A DNA stretch of 64,000 bases from an uncultured Gammaproteobacteria bacterium. GTDB taxonomy: Bacteria > Patescibacteriota > Patescibacteriia > Patescibacteriales > UBA12465. Position 1 is the first letter of the stretch. Each line of letters opens with the position of its first letter. Under the pieces are notes generated by a model. It did not search any database and was not told where the DNA came from. It worked only from the letters and a program-made list of their open reading frames with translations. A program made the translations under genes and the position numbers. The DNA lies in contig CAYOTM010000001.1 in the NCBI GenBank assembly GCA_964406935.1, positions 11,092 through 75,091 on the forward strand, in the 5' to 3' direction. Below, in pieces: positions 18,708 to 28,276 of the stretch.

Positions 18708-18708
18708 C

Positions 18709-18735
18709 AAAAAAACACCTTAATCGGTGTTTTTA
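18709..18735. terminator. bidirectional terminator between tRNA-Lys and the convergent PHP gene
   Basis: AAAAAAACACC-ttaatc-GGTGTTTTT. Confidence 0.6.
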
Positions 18736-18751
18736 ATTATCTTCTTTAAAA

Positions 18752-19615
18752 TTAATTAATAATTTGGTTAATTCTTCGTAAGTAGCGACTGTCAATTTTA
18801 AACCATTGCCAGGAAAATCGAGGACCAAAATGGAAAAAACGTGGTAAATGAAAATCAGAGCCACCACTAGCAATAAAATCAAATTTTTGGGCCAAATTAG
18901 CTAACTGCAAAATATTGCTATAATTATGATGAGGTGATAAAACTTCAATTCCATCTAAACCAGCTTCCTTCAAGTCAACTAAAATATTATTTTTTAATTT
19001 ACGATTAACCGTTGGATGGGCTAAAATTAGTTGACCACCAATTTTTTTACGCAAATCAACAATTCGTTTAAAACTAACATAAGATTCCGGTAAACGAGAG
19101 CCATGCTTAGGATAAAAATAATGACGAATAATTTCTTCTTCTAAAGGATTATTATTTTGTAAATCCTGTTTAATTAAACGACGATTATGAGAATTGAGCC
19201 ATAGCTCACCAATTAAATGATTAATTGGTAAATAACCAGGATGCTTCTGACAAAATTTCTCTAAATCGAACTTAAATCCTTGCTTAGCTAAACGATCAAT
19301 TCCGCGACTAATATTTTTAATACGTTTCTTCCAAGTGCCAGCTAAAATATTATGTAAATCGGGAGAATCAAGGAGAAAATTATACCATAATAAACTAAAG
19401 CGATGTTGTTTATGTTTAACATAAAGCTCCAACCCAGGAATTGCCTTAATGCGATATTGACGACAAGCTCTAAAAAATTCTGCTTGACCAAATAATGAAT
19501 TATGGTCAGTTAAAGAAGCAACTTTTACTTGATGACTAGCGAGCATTTTAACTAATTTTTGGGGAGAATAGTAACCATCAGAATAAGTTGAATGCAACTG
19601 TAAATCAATCAGCAT
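18752..19615 (-). CDS. PHP-domain metal-dependent phosphoesterase
   Basis: MLIDLQLHSTYSDGYYSP (the H-x-H...SDG PHP signature); 287 aa. Confidence 0.75.
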   Translation of the reverse strand: MLIDLQLHSTYSDGYYSPQKLVKMLASHQVKVASLTDHNSLFGQAEFFRACRQYRIKAIPGLELYVKHKQHRFSLLWYNFLLDSPDLHNILAGTWKKRIKNISRGIDRLAKQGFKFDLEKFCQKHPGYLPINHLIGELWLNSHNRRLIKQDLQNNNPLEEEIIRHYFYPKHGSRLPESYVSFKRIVDLRKKIGGQLILAHPTVNRKLKNNILVDLKEAGLDGIEVLSPHHNYSNILQLANLAQKFDFIASGGSDFHLPRFFHFGPRFSWQWFKIDSRYLRRINQIIN

Positions 19616-19756
19616 ATAAATTATTATTAAAAAAATGATAATTTAATAATAACTTATTTGCTAGAAATTAACAAATTTTTTATCTTTCATAAAGAAGTAT
19701 CGATAAAGTCCTTGATATTTTTTTAAAAATTTTATATATTTAATCAAGTGTCAGTG

Positions 19757-19830
19757 GCCACCTTAGCTCAGCTGGCTAGAGCAGCTGTTTTGTAAACAGC
19801 AGGTCGTCGGTTCGAACCCGACAGGTGGCT
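19757..19830 (+). tRNA. tRNA-Thr (anticodon UGU)
   Basis: Acceptor GCCACCT/AGGTGGC, anticodon stem GCTGT/ACAGC with loop TTTGTAA, T-arm GTCGG-TTCGAAC-CCGAC. Confidence 0.75.
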
Positions 19831-19840
19831 CACTTCAAAC

Positions 19841-19873
19841 AAAAAATGACTAAAATTATTTTAGTCATTTTTT
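19841..19873 (+). terminator. rho-independent terminator after tRNA-Thr
   Basis: Near-perfect 14-bp inverted repeat AAAATGACTAAAAT-t-ATTTTAGTCATTTT. Confidence 0.7.
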
Positions 19874-19925
19874 ATAGTTAATTTTTTTGTGGGTAACCTC
19901 TTAATAATTAGTTAATAAAGTTAGC

Positions 19926-19954
19926 TTGAACTTATCCCCTAAATAAGTTAAGAT
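19926..19954 (+). promoter_or_regulatory. promoter candidate for dnaB
   Basis: TTGAAC, 17-bp spacer, TAAGAT, ending 10 bp before the ATG. The same GTTAAGATGGA -10 context recurs upstream of murA. Confidence 0.3.
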
Positions 19955-19964
19955 GGAATAAAAT

Positions 19965-21368
19965 ATGAACCCAAAAACTGAGAAACAACAACTAGAAAGA
20001 GTCCCCCCTAATAGTCTTGAAGCGGAAGAGTCTTTACTGGGCTGCTTATTATTAGATAAGGATGCCGTTATTAAAATTATTGACTCCCTACTGCCAGCTG
20101 ATTTTTATAAACACGCCCATCAAATCACTTTTGAAGCAATTGTTGATTTATACAATAGCCATGAGCCAATTGATATTATCACTTTAGCTAATCGTTTAGA
20201 AGAAAAGAAAATTCTGACAGAAATTGGTGGCCGAAGTTATTTAGCCAAACTGTCTAATTCAGTAGCTACTGCGGCTAACGTCGCTCACTATGCCGGCATT
20301 GTTCAGCGAAAAGCTACTCTGCGCCGACTCCAGCAAGCAGCTGCCGAAATCATGGATATTAGTTTTGCTGAAGAACGAGAAATTGATGAGATTTTAGATG
20401 AAACCGAAAAAAAGATTTTTAGTGTTTCCCGTAAATATTTAAAAAATGCCTTCTTACCAATTGATAACTTATTAACTCAAGCCTTTGATCGAATTGAAGA
20501 CCTTCATCGCGCTGGGGGAAAACTACGAGGACTACCCACTGGCTTTACTGACTTAGATAATTTACTAGCTGGTCTCCAAAAATCTGATTTAGTTATTTTA
20601 GCTGCCCGTCCGAGTGTTGGAAAAACTTCTCTGGCCATGGATATTGCCAGGCAGGCAGCCATTAAAAGTAAACAAGGGGTGGCCATTTTTTCTTTAGAAA
20701 TGAGTAAGGAACAATTAGTTGATCGGATGTTATGTGCCCAAGCCGGAGTTAGTTTATGGAAAATGCGTACTGGTAATTTATCAGACAAAAAGGATGATGA
20801 CGATTTTTCTCGAATTGGTCGAGCAATGGGTGAATTAGCGGAAGCCCCAATTTTTATTGATGATTCTGGCACCTTATCAATCATGGAAATTCGAGCTAAA
20901 ACTAGACGCCTACAGGTTGAAAAAGGATTGGGACTAGTAGTTATTGATTATTTACAATTAATGGAGGGCCGCGGTAGATATGGTGAAAATCGCGTTCAAG
21001 AAATTGGCGAAATTAGTCGGGGCCTAAAATCAATTGCCCGAGAATTAAATATTCCAGTACTCGCCTTAGCTCAGCTCTCACGGGCAGTTGAACAAACTAG
21101 CCCCTCTATTCCTAAGCTATCTCACTTACGTGACTCAGGCTCAATTGAACAAGACGCCGATGTCGTCATGTTTATTTATCGTAAGGCGGCTGATCGTAAC
21201 TATAAACCTGAAGAATTGCCGCTTGATGAACGCCATAAAGCCGAGGTCTATATTGCTAAACATCGCAATGGCCCCACTGGTCATGTTAATTTATTCTTTG
21301 ATGAATCAACCGTTAGCTTTCGTAGTTTAAGCAAACAAAACGTTGAGGAAAAATTACCAGAATTCTAA
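19965..21368 (+). CDS. dnaB: replicative DNA helicase DnaB
   Basis: N-terminal LEAEESLLGCLLLD, Walker A AARPSVGKTSLAMDIA, RecA-like C-terminal domain; 467 aa. Confidence 0.9.
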   Translation: MNPKTEKQQLERVPPNSLEAEESLLGCLLLDKDAVIKIIDSLLPADFYKHAHQITFEAIVDLYNSHEPIDIITLANRLEEKKILTEIGGRSYLAKLSNSVATAANVAHYAGIVQRKATLRRLQQAAAEIMDISFAEEREIDEILDETEKKIFSVSRKYLKNAFLPIDNLLTQAFDRIEDLHRAGGKLRGLPTGFTDLDNLLAGLQKSDLVILAARPSVGKTSLAMDIARQAAIKSKQGVAIFSLEMSKEQLVDRMLCAQAGVSLWKMRTGNLSDKKDDDDFSRIGRAMGELAEAPIFIDDSGTLSIMEIRAKTRRLQVEKGLGLVVIDYLQLMEGRGRYGENRVQEIGEISRGLKSIARELNIPVLALAQLSRAVEQTSPSIPKLSHLRDSGSIEQDADVVMFIYRKAADRNYKPEELPLDERHKAEVYIAKHRNGPTGHVNLFFDESTVSFRSLSKQNVEEKLPEF

Positions 21369-21409
21369 GTAAATACCTTAGTAAAAAATTAATAACTTAA
21401 ATTAATCTT

Positions 21410-21685
21410 ATGTTTAACAAGTTGAAACAATTTAGAGATTTGCGTAGTCAAGCAAAAACCATGCAAAATGCTCTTGCTCAAGAAACTATTAATGAGGAAA
21501 AAAACGGCGTTAAAATCGTTTTAAACGGTAATTTAGAAATATTAGAAGTAAATCTTAACCCGGAGCTTAATAAAGAAGACCAAGAAAGAACCCTAAAGTC
21601 ATGCTTAAATGAGGCCATTAAAAAAACTCAGAGAATTATGGCTAAAAAAATGCAAGAAATGGGTGGCCTAACGGGCTTAAGTTAA
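21410..21685 (+). CDS. ybaB: YbaB/EbfC-family nucleoid-associated protein
   Basis: 91 aa, typical length and sequence pattern, immediately upstream of recR in the conserved ybaB-recR pair. Confidence 0.75.
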   Translation: MFNKLKQFRDLRSQAKTMQNALAQETINEEKNGVKIVLNGNLEILEVNLNPELNKEDQERTLKSCLNEAIKKTQRIMAKKMQEMGGLTGLS

Positions 21686-21697
21686 TATCATAATTTA

Positions 21698-22291
21698 ATG
21701 AAATATCCACTAGCTATTCAAGAATTAATTGATGCCCTTTCCAAATTTCCCAGCGTTGGGCCAAAAACAGCCGAGCGCTATGTTTTTCATTTACTTAAAC
21801 AGTCACCAGAAGAACTAACTAATTTAGCTAGCAATATAAGTCAGTTATCAGAAAAAATTACTCACTGCCAAGATTGTCGCGTGTTAACTGACAGCAACCC
21901 TTGCTCGATCTGTCAAGATGATAAAAGAAATAAAAAATTAATTTGTTTAGTAGAAAATACTCAAGATCTGTGGGCCCTAGAAAACACTGGAAATTTTAAT
22001 GGTAATTATTTTGTTTTAGGGGGTTTAATTAACGCAATTGAAGATCAAGGACCAGATAAATTACCAATTCAAGAATTAGCTAATCTACTCAAAAAGAACC
22101 AGGCCGAAGAGTTGATTGTTGCTTTAAACTTTACAATGGAAGGCGAAAGTACAGTTTTATACCTAAAAAAGGCCCTTAGTGGCCTGAAGATCAGTCGATT
22201 AGCTCGCGGCCTACCCTCAGGATCAGACCTGGAATATGCTGATGAGTTAACTCTAAGCAATGCTTTAAAATTTCGCCAAAATATTAAATAA
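21698..22291 (+). CDS. recR: recombination protein RecR
   Basis: HhH (FPSVGPKTAERY), C4 zinc finger (CQDCRVLTDSNPCSIC), Toprim domain. Confidence 0.9.
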   Translation: MKYPLAIQELIDALSKFPSVGPKTAERYVFHLLKQSPEELTNLASNISQLSEKITHCQDCRVLTDSNPCSICQDDKRNKKLICLVENTQDLWALENTGNFNGNYFVLGGLINAIEDQGPDKLPIQELANLLKKNQAEELIVALNFTMEGESTVLYLKKALSGLKISRLARGLPSGSDLEYADELTLSNALKFRQNIK

Positions 22292-22306
22292 ACTGCTCAG
22301 CTATAC

Positions 22307-22337
22307 AAAAAAACACCCAATGAGGTGTTTTTTTAAT
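22307..22337. terminator. bidirectional terminator (recR / rplU convergent)
   Basis: AAAAAAACACC-caatga-GGTGTTTTTTT. Confidence 0.7.
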
Positions 22338-22360
22338 AGATTGCTAAGGGTAAAAAATGA

Positions 22361-22675
22361 TTAAGCAAATTGAGCGATCTTGACTGCGGTTTTTAGTTGA
22401 CGGTGACCCAGGGTTCTTTTATAACGAGTTTTATTTTTATATTTAACAACCGTCACCTTTTTATCTTGACTAGTGGAAATTACTTCACCGCTTATTTTAT
22501 TACCTAAGCTAGGTTTCCCTAATTCCAAGGAAGAACCATCGGTATCAGCGATTAATAGAGTGTCAAATTTAACCTTCGCCCCTGGTTCAGCGGCTAATTT
22601 CTCTACTTTAACTAAATCACCAGCTTTTACTTTGTATTGTTTGCCACCAGTGGCAATCACTGCGATTTTCGCCAT
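22361..22675 (-). CDS. rplU: 50S ribosomal protein L21
   Basis: MAKIAVIATGGKQYKVKAGDLVKVEKL; 104 aa. Confidence 0.9.
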   Translation of the reverse strand: MAKIAVIATGGKQYKVKAGDLVKVEKLAAEPGAKVKFDTLLIADTDGSSLELGKPSLGNKISGEVISTSQDKKVTVVKYKNKTRYKRTLGHRQLKTAVKIAQFA

Positions 22676-22748
22676 ATTGTTCAGTTTTATTTAAATTTTA
22701 TATAAAAAATCAGGCTAAAGCTGATTGTTTTTATATCATATCAAATAT

Positions 22749-22777
22749 TTGAAAAATGTCAATAAATAGGTTAAGAT
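22749..22777 (+). promoter_or_regulatory. promoter candidate for murA
   Basis: TTGAAA, 17-bp spacer, TAAGAT. The -10 hexamer overlaps the ORF-track ATG at 22776, which argues for the downstream start. Confidence 0.3.
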
Positions 22778-22808
22778 GGAGGAAGAACTAATAACTAATT
22801 TAAATCAT

Positions 22809-24071
22809 ATGGCTAAATTTATCATTACTGGGGGGCAATCTTTAGGAGGAGAGATTTCCGTTGGGGGGGCAAAAAATAACGCCCAAATTATCGTTGCGGC
22901 CGCTCTTTTATCAGCTGAAAAAATGTTACTTGAAAATGTTCCTAAAATTGATGGTATTGAAAAGTCAATTGAATTAATGGAGGACTTGGGGGCAAAAATA
23001 AGCTACCAAAATCATCAACTAGAAATTGACCCAGCAGAAATTAAAAAAACTGAACTGGAGGCAAAAATTGCTGATAAATTTCGAACTTCGGTAATGTTTG
23101 TTGGCCCGATGCTCGCTCGTTTTGGTGAGGTCAAATTTCCTCACCCTGGAGGCTGTGTTATTGGTGCCGCTGGTCGACCGATTGATTTGTTTTTAGAAGG
23201 TTTTAAAAAAATGGGAGCCAATATTAAAGAAGAAGAAAAAAGTTACCACATTACTGCTAAAAAACTCCAAGCTTGTGATTATTTTTTTTCTACCGTTAGT
23301 GTAACCGGCACCCAAAGTTTATTAATGACCGCTTGTTTAGCCCAGGGCACTAGTATTTTACGAAATTGCGCCATGGAACCAGAAGTAACTGCTTTAGCTG
23401 ATTATTTAAATCAACAAGGAGCTAAAATTAGTGGAGCGGGCACCCCAACAATTACTATTCAAGGAGTTGATCGCTTGCATGGTGGTCAATTTAAAATTAT
23501 CCCTGATCGAATTGAAACCGGTTCTTTTGCTTTAATGGCAGCGGCGGCTAAGGCTGAATTAAAAATTACTGATTGTAATCCTGAACATATTTTAAGTCTC
23601 TTAACAATTTTTGAAAAAATCGGTGTTCCCTTCGTTAAGGGACCAGACTGGCTCTTAATTAAACCGGCGACAAAAATTAAAGCCTATAATTTAAAAACTC
23701 ATGAATATCCGGGATTTTCCACAGATCTACAATCTCCCTATGTTGTTTTAATGACTCAAGCTGAAGGTAAGTGTTTAATTCAAGAAGCAATTTATGATCG
23801 TCGTCTAATTTGGACTGACATGCTGTCTCAAATGGGAGCTGATATCACAATGTGTGATCCTCATCGAATTGTGGTTTATGGTCCCAGACAACTCTATGGA
23901 AAAAGATTAATTAGTCCCGACATTAGAGCCGGAATCGCCCTAGTAATTGCCGCCTTAATCGCTCAAGGGCAGACTGAAATTGATAATATTTATCAAATTG
24001 ATCGTGGCTATGAATCTTTAGAAAAACGCTTGCAAGCGATTGGTGCCAAGATTGAAAGAAGTGAGGTTTAA
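22809..24071 (+). CDS. murA: UDP-N-acetylglucosamine 1-carboxyvinyltransferase MurA; probable true start 22809 (MAKFIITGG), while the ORF-track start 22776 adds 11 aa
   Basis: KFIITGGQSLGGEISVGGAKNNA matches the MurA N-terminus (E. coli MDKFRVQG...). The ATG at 22776 sits inside the predicted -10 box. About 420 aa. Confidence 0.85.
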   Translation: MAKFIITGGQSLGGEISVGGAKNNAQIIVAAALLSAEKMLLENVPKIDGIEKSIELMEDLGAKISYQNHQLEIDPAEIKKTELEAKIADKFRTSVMFVGPMLARFGEVKFPHPGGCVIGAAGRPIDLFLEGFKKMGANIKEEEKSYHITAKKLQACDYFFSTVSVTGTQSLLMTACLAQGTSILRNCAMEPEVTALADYLNQQGAKISGAGTPTITIQGVDRLHGGQFKIIPDRIETGSFALMAAAAKAELKITDCNPEHILSLLTIFEKIGVPFVKGPDWLLIKPATKIKAYNLKTHEYPGFSTDLQSPYVVLMTQAEGKCLIQEAIYDRRLIWTDMLSQMGADITMCDPHRIVVYGPRQLYGKRLISPDIRAGIALVIAALIAQGQTEIDNIYQIDRGYESLEKRLQAIGAKIERSEV

Positions 24072-24079
24072 ATAAAATT

Positions 24080-25417
24080 ATGTCTAAAAAACTGCGTGAC
24101 TGGCTATCGATAATTTTTATTATCTTATTTATTGTTTTAACGACTTTTACTTTTCTTTACGCGACTGGACATCGCTTTGCTTGGCGTTGGCCACCACGCT
24201 TTGACCAAATTCTTCAAAAAACTGGAATGTTAATTATTGAAACTACTCCCAGCGAAGCAATAATTTTTTTAGATGATCAAGAAAAAAATACCTTTTTTTG
24301 GCGAGAGTTAAAATCAGCCCCCTTAACGAGTCCAGCTAAAATTAAAAATCTCTTACCAGGCGAATATAAAATACGCTTAGAAAAAGAGGAATATTGGCCA
24401 CTAGAGAGAACGATTAAAATTTATCCTGGACAAACTACTTATTTAACAAATATTTTCATGTTTCGTCGTTCCCTGCCTTTAAATATTTTTTCTGGTGATC
24501 CGCAATCATTAAACCTTAGTCCTAATCGAAGAATTATTTTATTGCCAAATTCAGCTACGGCCATTTCTTTACGTAATAATGATTTAATTTCTTTACCAAT
24601 AACTAATAATTTAGAAACTATTCAGTGGTCCAAGGATGGTAAAAAAATTATGACCCAAGGAAAAGTTTATAATCTAGAAACTGGTCAGCTAATTACTGAT
24701 TTAATGACTAATTTAGGAACTCAAGCTAATAATTTATACTGGGATGAAAATACTAATAAAGTATTTTATCAATATGATAATGGCTTAGCCTATTTAACTA
24801 TCAACCAACAAAGTAGTGTTAATTTACTAACTGGCGGTAATTACTTAGATTTTTTAGTAAAGAGTAATTATTTACATGTTTTAGAAAAAACTGATAACAC
24901 TCTTTATTTAAACACCTATTCTTTGGGGGCAGCTTTAAGGCAACGATCAATTAGTTTACCAACTGGACAGTATTCTTTTTATTATCGCGACAATACTTGG
25001 CTTAATTTATATGACAATCAAAATAAAAGATTAATCCTGGTAGAGCCTGGCCTGTTAATGACTGAACAAAAAATCATTAATCAAGTAACTGATTGGATTT
25101 GGCCAAATAATAACTTTTTACTTTGGCATAATGGTCGCGAAATTTATTCTTGGAGTCCTGGCCAACCTGAAAAATTATTAATCAGAATTAGTGAAGAAAT
25201 TACTGGTCTGGCCTGGCATCCAGCCAAAAATTATTTAATTTATTCCACCAATAATTATCTACGGATTGTTTATTTTCAAGATAATCAGCTAGAAAACATT
25301 GATCTTTTGCGGGCCGAAAATATTAGCTCCTTAATTCTTGATGAAAAAAATAATCTACTATATTTTGCGGCTACTATTGGACAACAGGGCGGTATCTTTA
25401 AATTAATTATTCAATAA
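24080..25417 (+). CDS. membrane-anchored protein with PEGA-like domain and C-terminal beta-propeller (TolB/WD40-like) repeats
   Basis: N-terminal TM helix; IIETTPSEAIIFLDDQEK...LLPGEYKIRLEKEEY (PEGA-like); repeated blades (WSKDGKKIM, YWDENTNKVFY). Confidence 0.45.
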   Translation: MSKKLRDWLSIIFIILFIVLTTFTFLYATGHRFAWRWPPRFDQILQKTGMLIIETTPSEAIIFLDDQEKNTFFWRELKSAPLTSPAKIKNLLPGEYKIRLEKEEYWPLERTIKIYPGQTTYLTNIFMFRRSLPLNIFSGDPQSLNLSPNRRIILLPNSATAISLRNNDLISLPITNNLETIQWSKDGKKIMTQGKVYNLETGQLITDLMTNLGTQANNLYWDENTNKVFYQYDNGLAYLTINQQSSVNLLTGGNYLDFLVKSNYLHVLEKTDNTLYLNTYSLGAALRQRSISLPTGQYSFYYRDNTWLNLYDNQNKRLILVEPGLLMTEQKIINQVTDWIWPNNNFLLWHNGREIYSWSPGQPEKLLIRISEEITGLAWHPAKNYLIYSTNNYLRIVYFQDNQLENIDLLRAENISSLILDEKNNLLYFAATIGQQGGIFKLIIQ

Positions 25418-25435
25418 AAATAATTATACCGAATT

Positions 25436-25478
25436 AAAAAATCACCACCTAATTAATTTAGGGGGTGATTTTATTTTA
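25436..25478. terminator. terminator
   Basis: TCACCACCT-(10 nt)-AGGGGGTGA followed by TTTTATTTT. Confidence 0.5.
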
Positions 25479-25539
25479 TGATATTTTCCAACTAATAATT
25501 TTACTGAAGTCTTCTGCTATAATTAATAATAATTAATTA

Positions 25540-26412
25540 TTAAAGTTTAATCTCCTGAATAAATTTTTTCAAATCAGCGCCAATTTCCTGATCTTTTAAG
25601 CCCAACTTAATCGTCGCTTTAATAAAGTTTAATTTATTACCAGTATCCAACCATTCTCCTTGTAATTTACGACCGTAAAGATCTTGTTTCTTTTCCAGCA
25701 TAATCGCGTAAGCATCGGCTAAGCGAATTTCACCGGATTGGCCATTTTCCATAGTAGATAATACCTGAAAAACATCTGGGGTGATAATATTAATCCCCAC
25801 CTGCACTAAGTTAGAAGGGGCGTCTTCTTGTTTAGGTTTCTCAATAAATTTATTAATTTTATATTCATCGTTACCTAAATTATCGCCATCAATTACGCCG
25901 AACTGGCTAACTTCATTAGGTTTAACCTCTGATAAACCAATAACTGTTTTTTGATATTTAGCATAAGTTTCCATTACCTGTGATACGGGAGAAACAGGCG
26001 AATCATACAAAGTATCGCCAAACATAATTAAAACAGCCTCATCGTCATCCACTAAATGGGAGGCACATTTCACAGCATGACCATCGCCCAAAGGAATCGG
26101 CTGGCGAACATAGGAAAACTTAGCTAAATTTTCAATCGCTTGCACTTTTTTTACTAACTCTAGTTTATTTTTTTCCACTAAAGTTTTGGCGAGCTCAAAA
26201 GAATAATCAAAGTGATCTTCAATCGCACGCTTGCCACGACCAGTAACAAAAATAATTTCTTCAATACCAGCAGAGACTGCTTCTTCAACTAAATACTGAA
26301 TAACCGGCTTATCAACCACTGTTAACATTTCCTTGGGCTGAGCTTTAGTAGCGGGCAAAAATCGAGTCCCAAAACCAGCTACTGGGAAAATTGCTTTTTT
26401 AATTTTTTGCAT
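25540..26412 (-). CDS. galU: UTP--glucose-1-phosphate uridylyltransferase
   Basis: KAIFPVAGFGTRFLPATKAQPKEML; 290 aa. Confidence 0.85.
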   Translation of the reverse strand: MQKIKKAIFPVAGFGTRFLPATKAQPKEMLTVVDKPVIQYLVEEAVSAGIEEIIFVTGRGKRAIEDHFDYSFELAKTLVEKNKLELVKKVQAIENLAKFSYVRQPIPLGDGHAVKCASHLVDDDEAVLIMFGDTLYDSPVSPVSQVMETYAKYQKTVIGLSEVKPNEVSQFGVIDGDNLGNDEYKINKFIEKPKQEDAPSNLVQVGINIITPDVFQVLSTMENGQSGEIRLADAYAIMLEKKQDLYGRKLQGEWLDTGNKLNFIKATIKLGLKDQEIGADLKKFIQEIKL

Positions 26413-26421
26413 ATTTTTTAT

Positions 26422-27213
26422 TTAATTAAATTTCCATTTACGAAAATAACGCCACCAAGATTGAAGATGAATTCTAGCTAGTCGGCTAGTTAGTAAAGCA
26501 AGATACCAGGGCTGGCGAGCGCTGGCTCGCACATGATCATGAATAGCAATGGCTGGGGGATAATAAACTACTTGTTTGCCAACAAATTTAATCCGGCGAC
26601 ATAAATCAACATCTTCAAAATACATAAAAAATCGTTCATCAAATAATTTATCAGGGCCAATAAAAAACTCATCACGCCTCACTAAAAAACAAGCACCCAG
26701 CAACCAATCAACGGCTTTAATTGCCTGGTGCCCATCTGATTTCATTAAATATTTATTTAAAAATTCTGGAAATAAATTACCTAAGGCGGTCCGCCTTAGA
26801 AATGGTAAATAAATCTTAGGAAAACGAGCACAAGAATATTGTAAACTAGAATCAGGGTTTAATAATTTAGGCCCTAATAAACCAATTTCCGGGTGCTCTT
26901 TTAAATAACGAAGCAGAAGTTTAATGGCCGCTGATTGAAAAATAATATCAGGATTACTGATCAAGATGAAGCGACCAACAGAATTTTTAATCCCTAAATT
27001 ATTACCGCCCCCCATTCCTAAATTAGTTTCACTAGACACTAATTTAGTGTTGGGAAAAACCCTGACTAAGTCACTCAATTGATCGCCCGAGTGATTATCA
27101 ACTACTACTGTTTCCCAATTAATACCCGCTAAATCAGAGTTAGCAATTGAATGTAAACAATTACTTAGTTTGTCTTTACTATTATAGTTGACAATAATAA
27201 TTGATAAATCCAT
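26422..27213 (-). CDS. family 2 glycosyltransferase
   Basis: MDLSIIIVNYNSKDKL start; D..D and QxxRW-like architecture. Confidence 0.75.
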   Translation of the reverse strand: MDLSIIIVNYNSKDKLSNCLHSIANSDLAGINWETVVVDNHSGDQLSDLVRVFPNTKLVSSETNLGMGGGNNLGIKNSVGRFILISNPDIIFQSAAIKLLLRYLKEHPEIGLLGPKLLNPDSSLQYSCARFPKIYLPFLRRTALGNLFPEFLNKYLMKSDGHQAIKAVDWLLGACFLVRRDEFFIGPDKLFDERFFMYFEDVDLCRRIKFVGKQVVYYPPAIAIHDHVRASARQPWYLALLTSRLARIHLQSWWRYFRKWKFN

Positions 27214-27214
27214 A

Positions 27215-28276
27215 TTAAAAGCCTAAAATTCTTAAAATAAACCGACTAATTAAAAAATAAATATTAAATATTGGATTAACCACTCTTTTTAAAAGCGGAT
27301 TATCAATTTCTTGATGACTAATTTTGCCAGAAAAATAACGGATAATTTGGCTATCGGGTCGCTGACGTAATTTTTGACTAGTTCGCCTAGCTTGGATTAA
27401 ATAACGCCAAGTACTTGGTCTAAGAAAATAACCATAAACCCTAAGTTTTTCGGTTAACCAACCTGAGCGCCAAGCAAAAAATAGTAAGCCAAGTTCCATT
27501 AAGAAAAAGGTGGGAGCAAAAATAATCAGAGAAGCTATTGAATAATTTTTAAAAGCGGCCAATATCCGATTACGGTCTAAATAATAATTTTTTTTAATCG
27601 AACGACTAAATTCATAATAATGAAAAGCGACCGCTTGATAAGCTACTTGACATTCTAGACCAGCCAACCAAAAACGCCAACCTAAGTCCTGATCTTCATT
27701 ATACATCCAAAACTCTTCATCAAATAAACCTACTTGTCGCAAGGCCTCTACCCTCAATAAAACCGCCGCCCCTGAAGGATAAGCAATGAGGTCTGATAAT
27801 TTATTATAAAACTTATATTTTTCTTGATAAGCAGAGCAGTAACCAAAGCCAAGAAAATGAGTAACATTACCTAAGCTATTAATTTTTTCTGGTGATTGTC
27901 CTAACATCAACCTAGCTTGAATAGCCGCCGCTTGAGGCTGACTGCTGGCTAAATTAACCAATTCAGTTAAAGCATTGGGCGCTAAAGTGGCATCTAAATT
28001 TAAAAGAAAAACATAGTCAAACTGTTTATTCAAAAAATAATGAATGGCATCATTATTTCCTTTAGCAAAGCCGTCATTATTTTGATTACGAATAAGGTGG
28101 GCGGTTGGAGCTGCTTTTTTTAAATATTGATAAGTCTTATCAGAGCTTTGATTGTCAACAATTACTAACTCAAAGTGACCAGAATAATCCTGAGCAAAAA
28201 TTGAGCTTAGGCAAGCCACCAAATATTTTTCGGCGTAATCTTGATAATTGACTAAAATAATCCCTACTGATTTCAT
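27215..28276 (-). CDS. family 2 glycosyltransferase with C-terminal TM segment
   Basis: SVGIILVNYQDYAEKYL; C-terminal hydrophobic helices. Confidence 0.7.
   Translation of the reverse strand: MKSVGIILVNYQDYAEKYLVACLSSIFAQDYSGHFELVIVDNQSSDKTYQYLKKAAPTAHLIRNQNNDGFAKGNNDAIHYFLNKQFDYVFLLNLDATLAPNALTELVNLASSQPQAAAIQARLMLGQSPEKINSLGNVTHFLGFGYCSAYQEKYKFYNKLSDLIAYPSGAAVLLRVEALRQVGLFDEEFWMYNEDQDLGWRFWLAGLECQVAYQAVAFHYYEFSRSIKKNYYLDRNRILAAFKNYSIASLIIFAPTFFLMELGLLFFAWRSGWLTEKLRVYGYFLRPSTWRYLIQARRTSQKLRQRPDSQIIRYFSGKISHQEIDNPLLKRVVNPIFNIYFLISRFILRILGF

Noticed and set aside
18635-19830. PHP phosphoesterase gene flanked by tRNA-Lys and tRNA-Thr as a possible island
   Set aside because: There is no direct repeat of either tRNA end, no integrase, and GC content is ordinary. 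It is most simply an ordinary gene sitting between tRNA genes.
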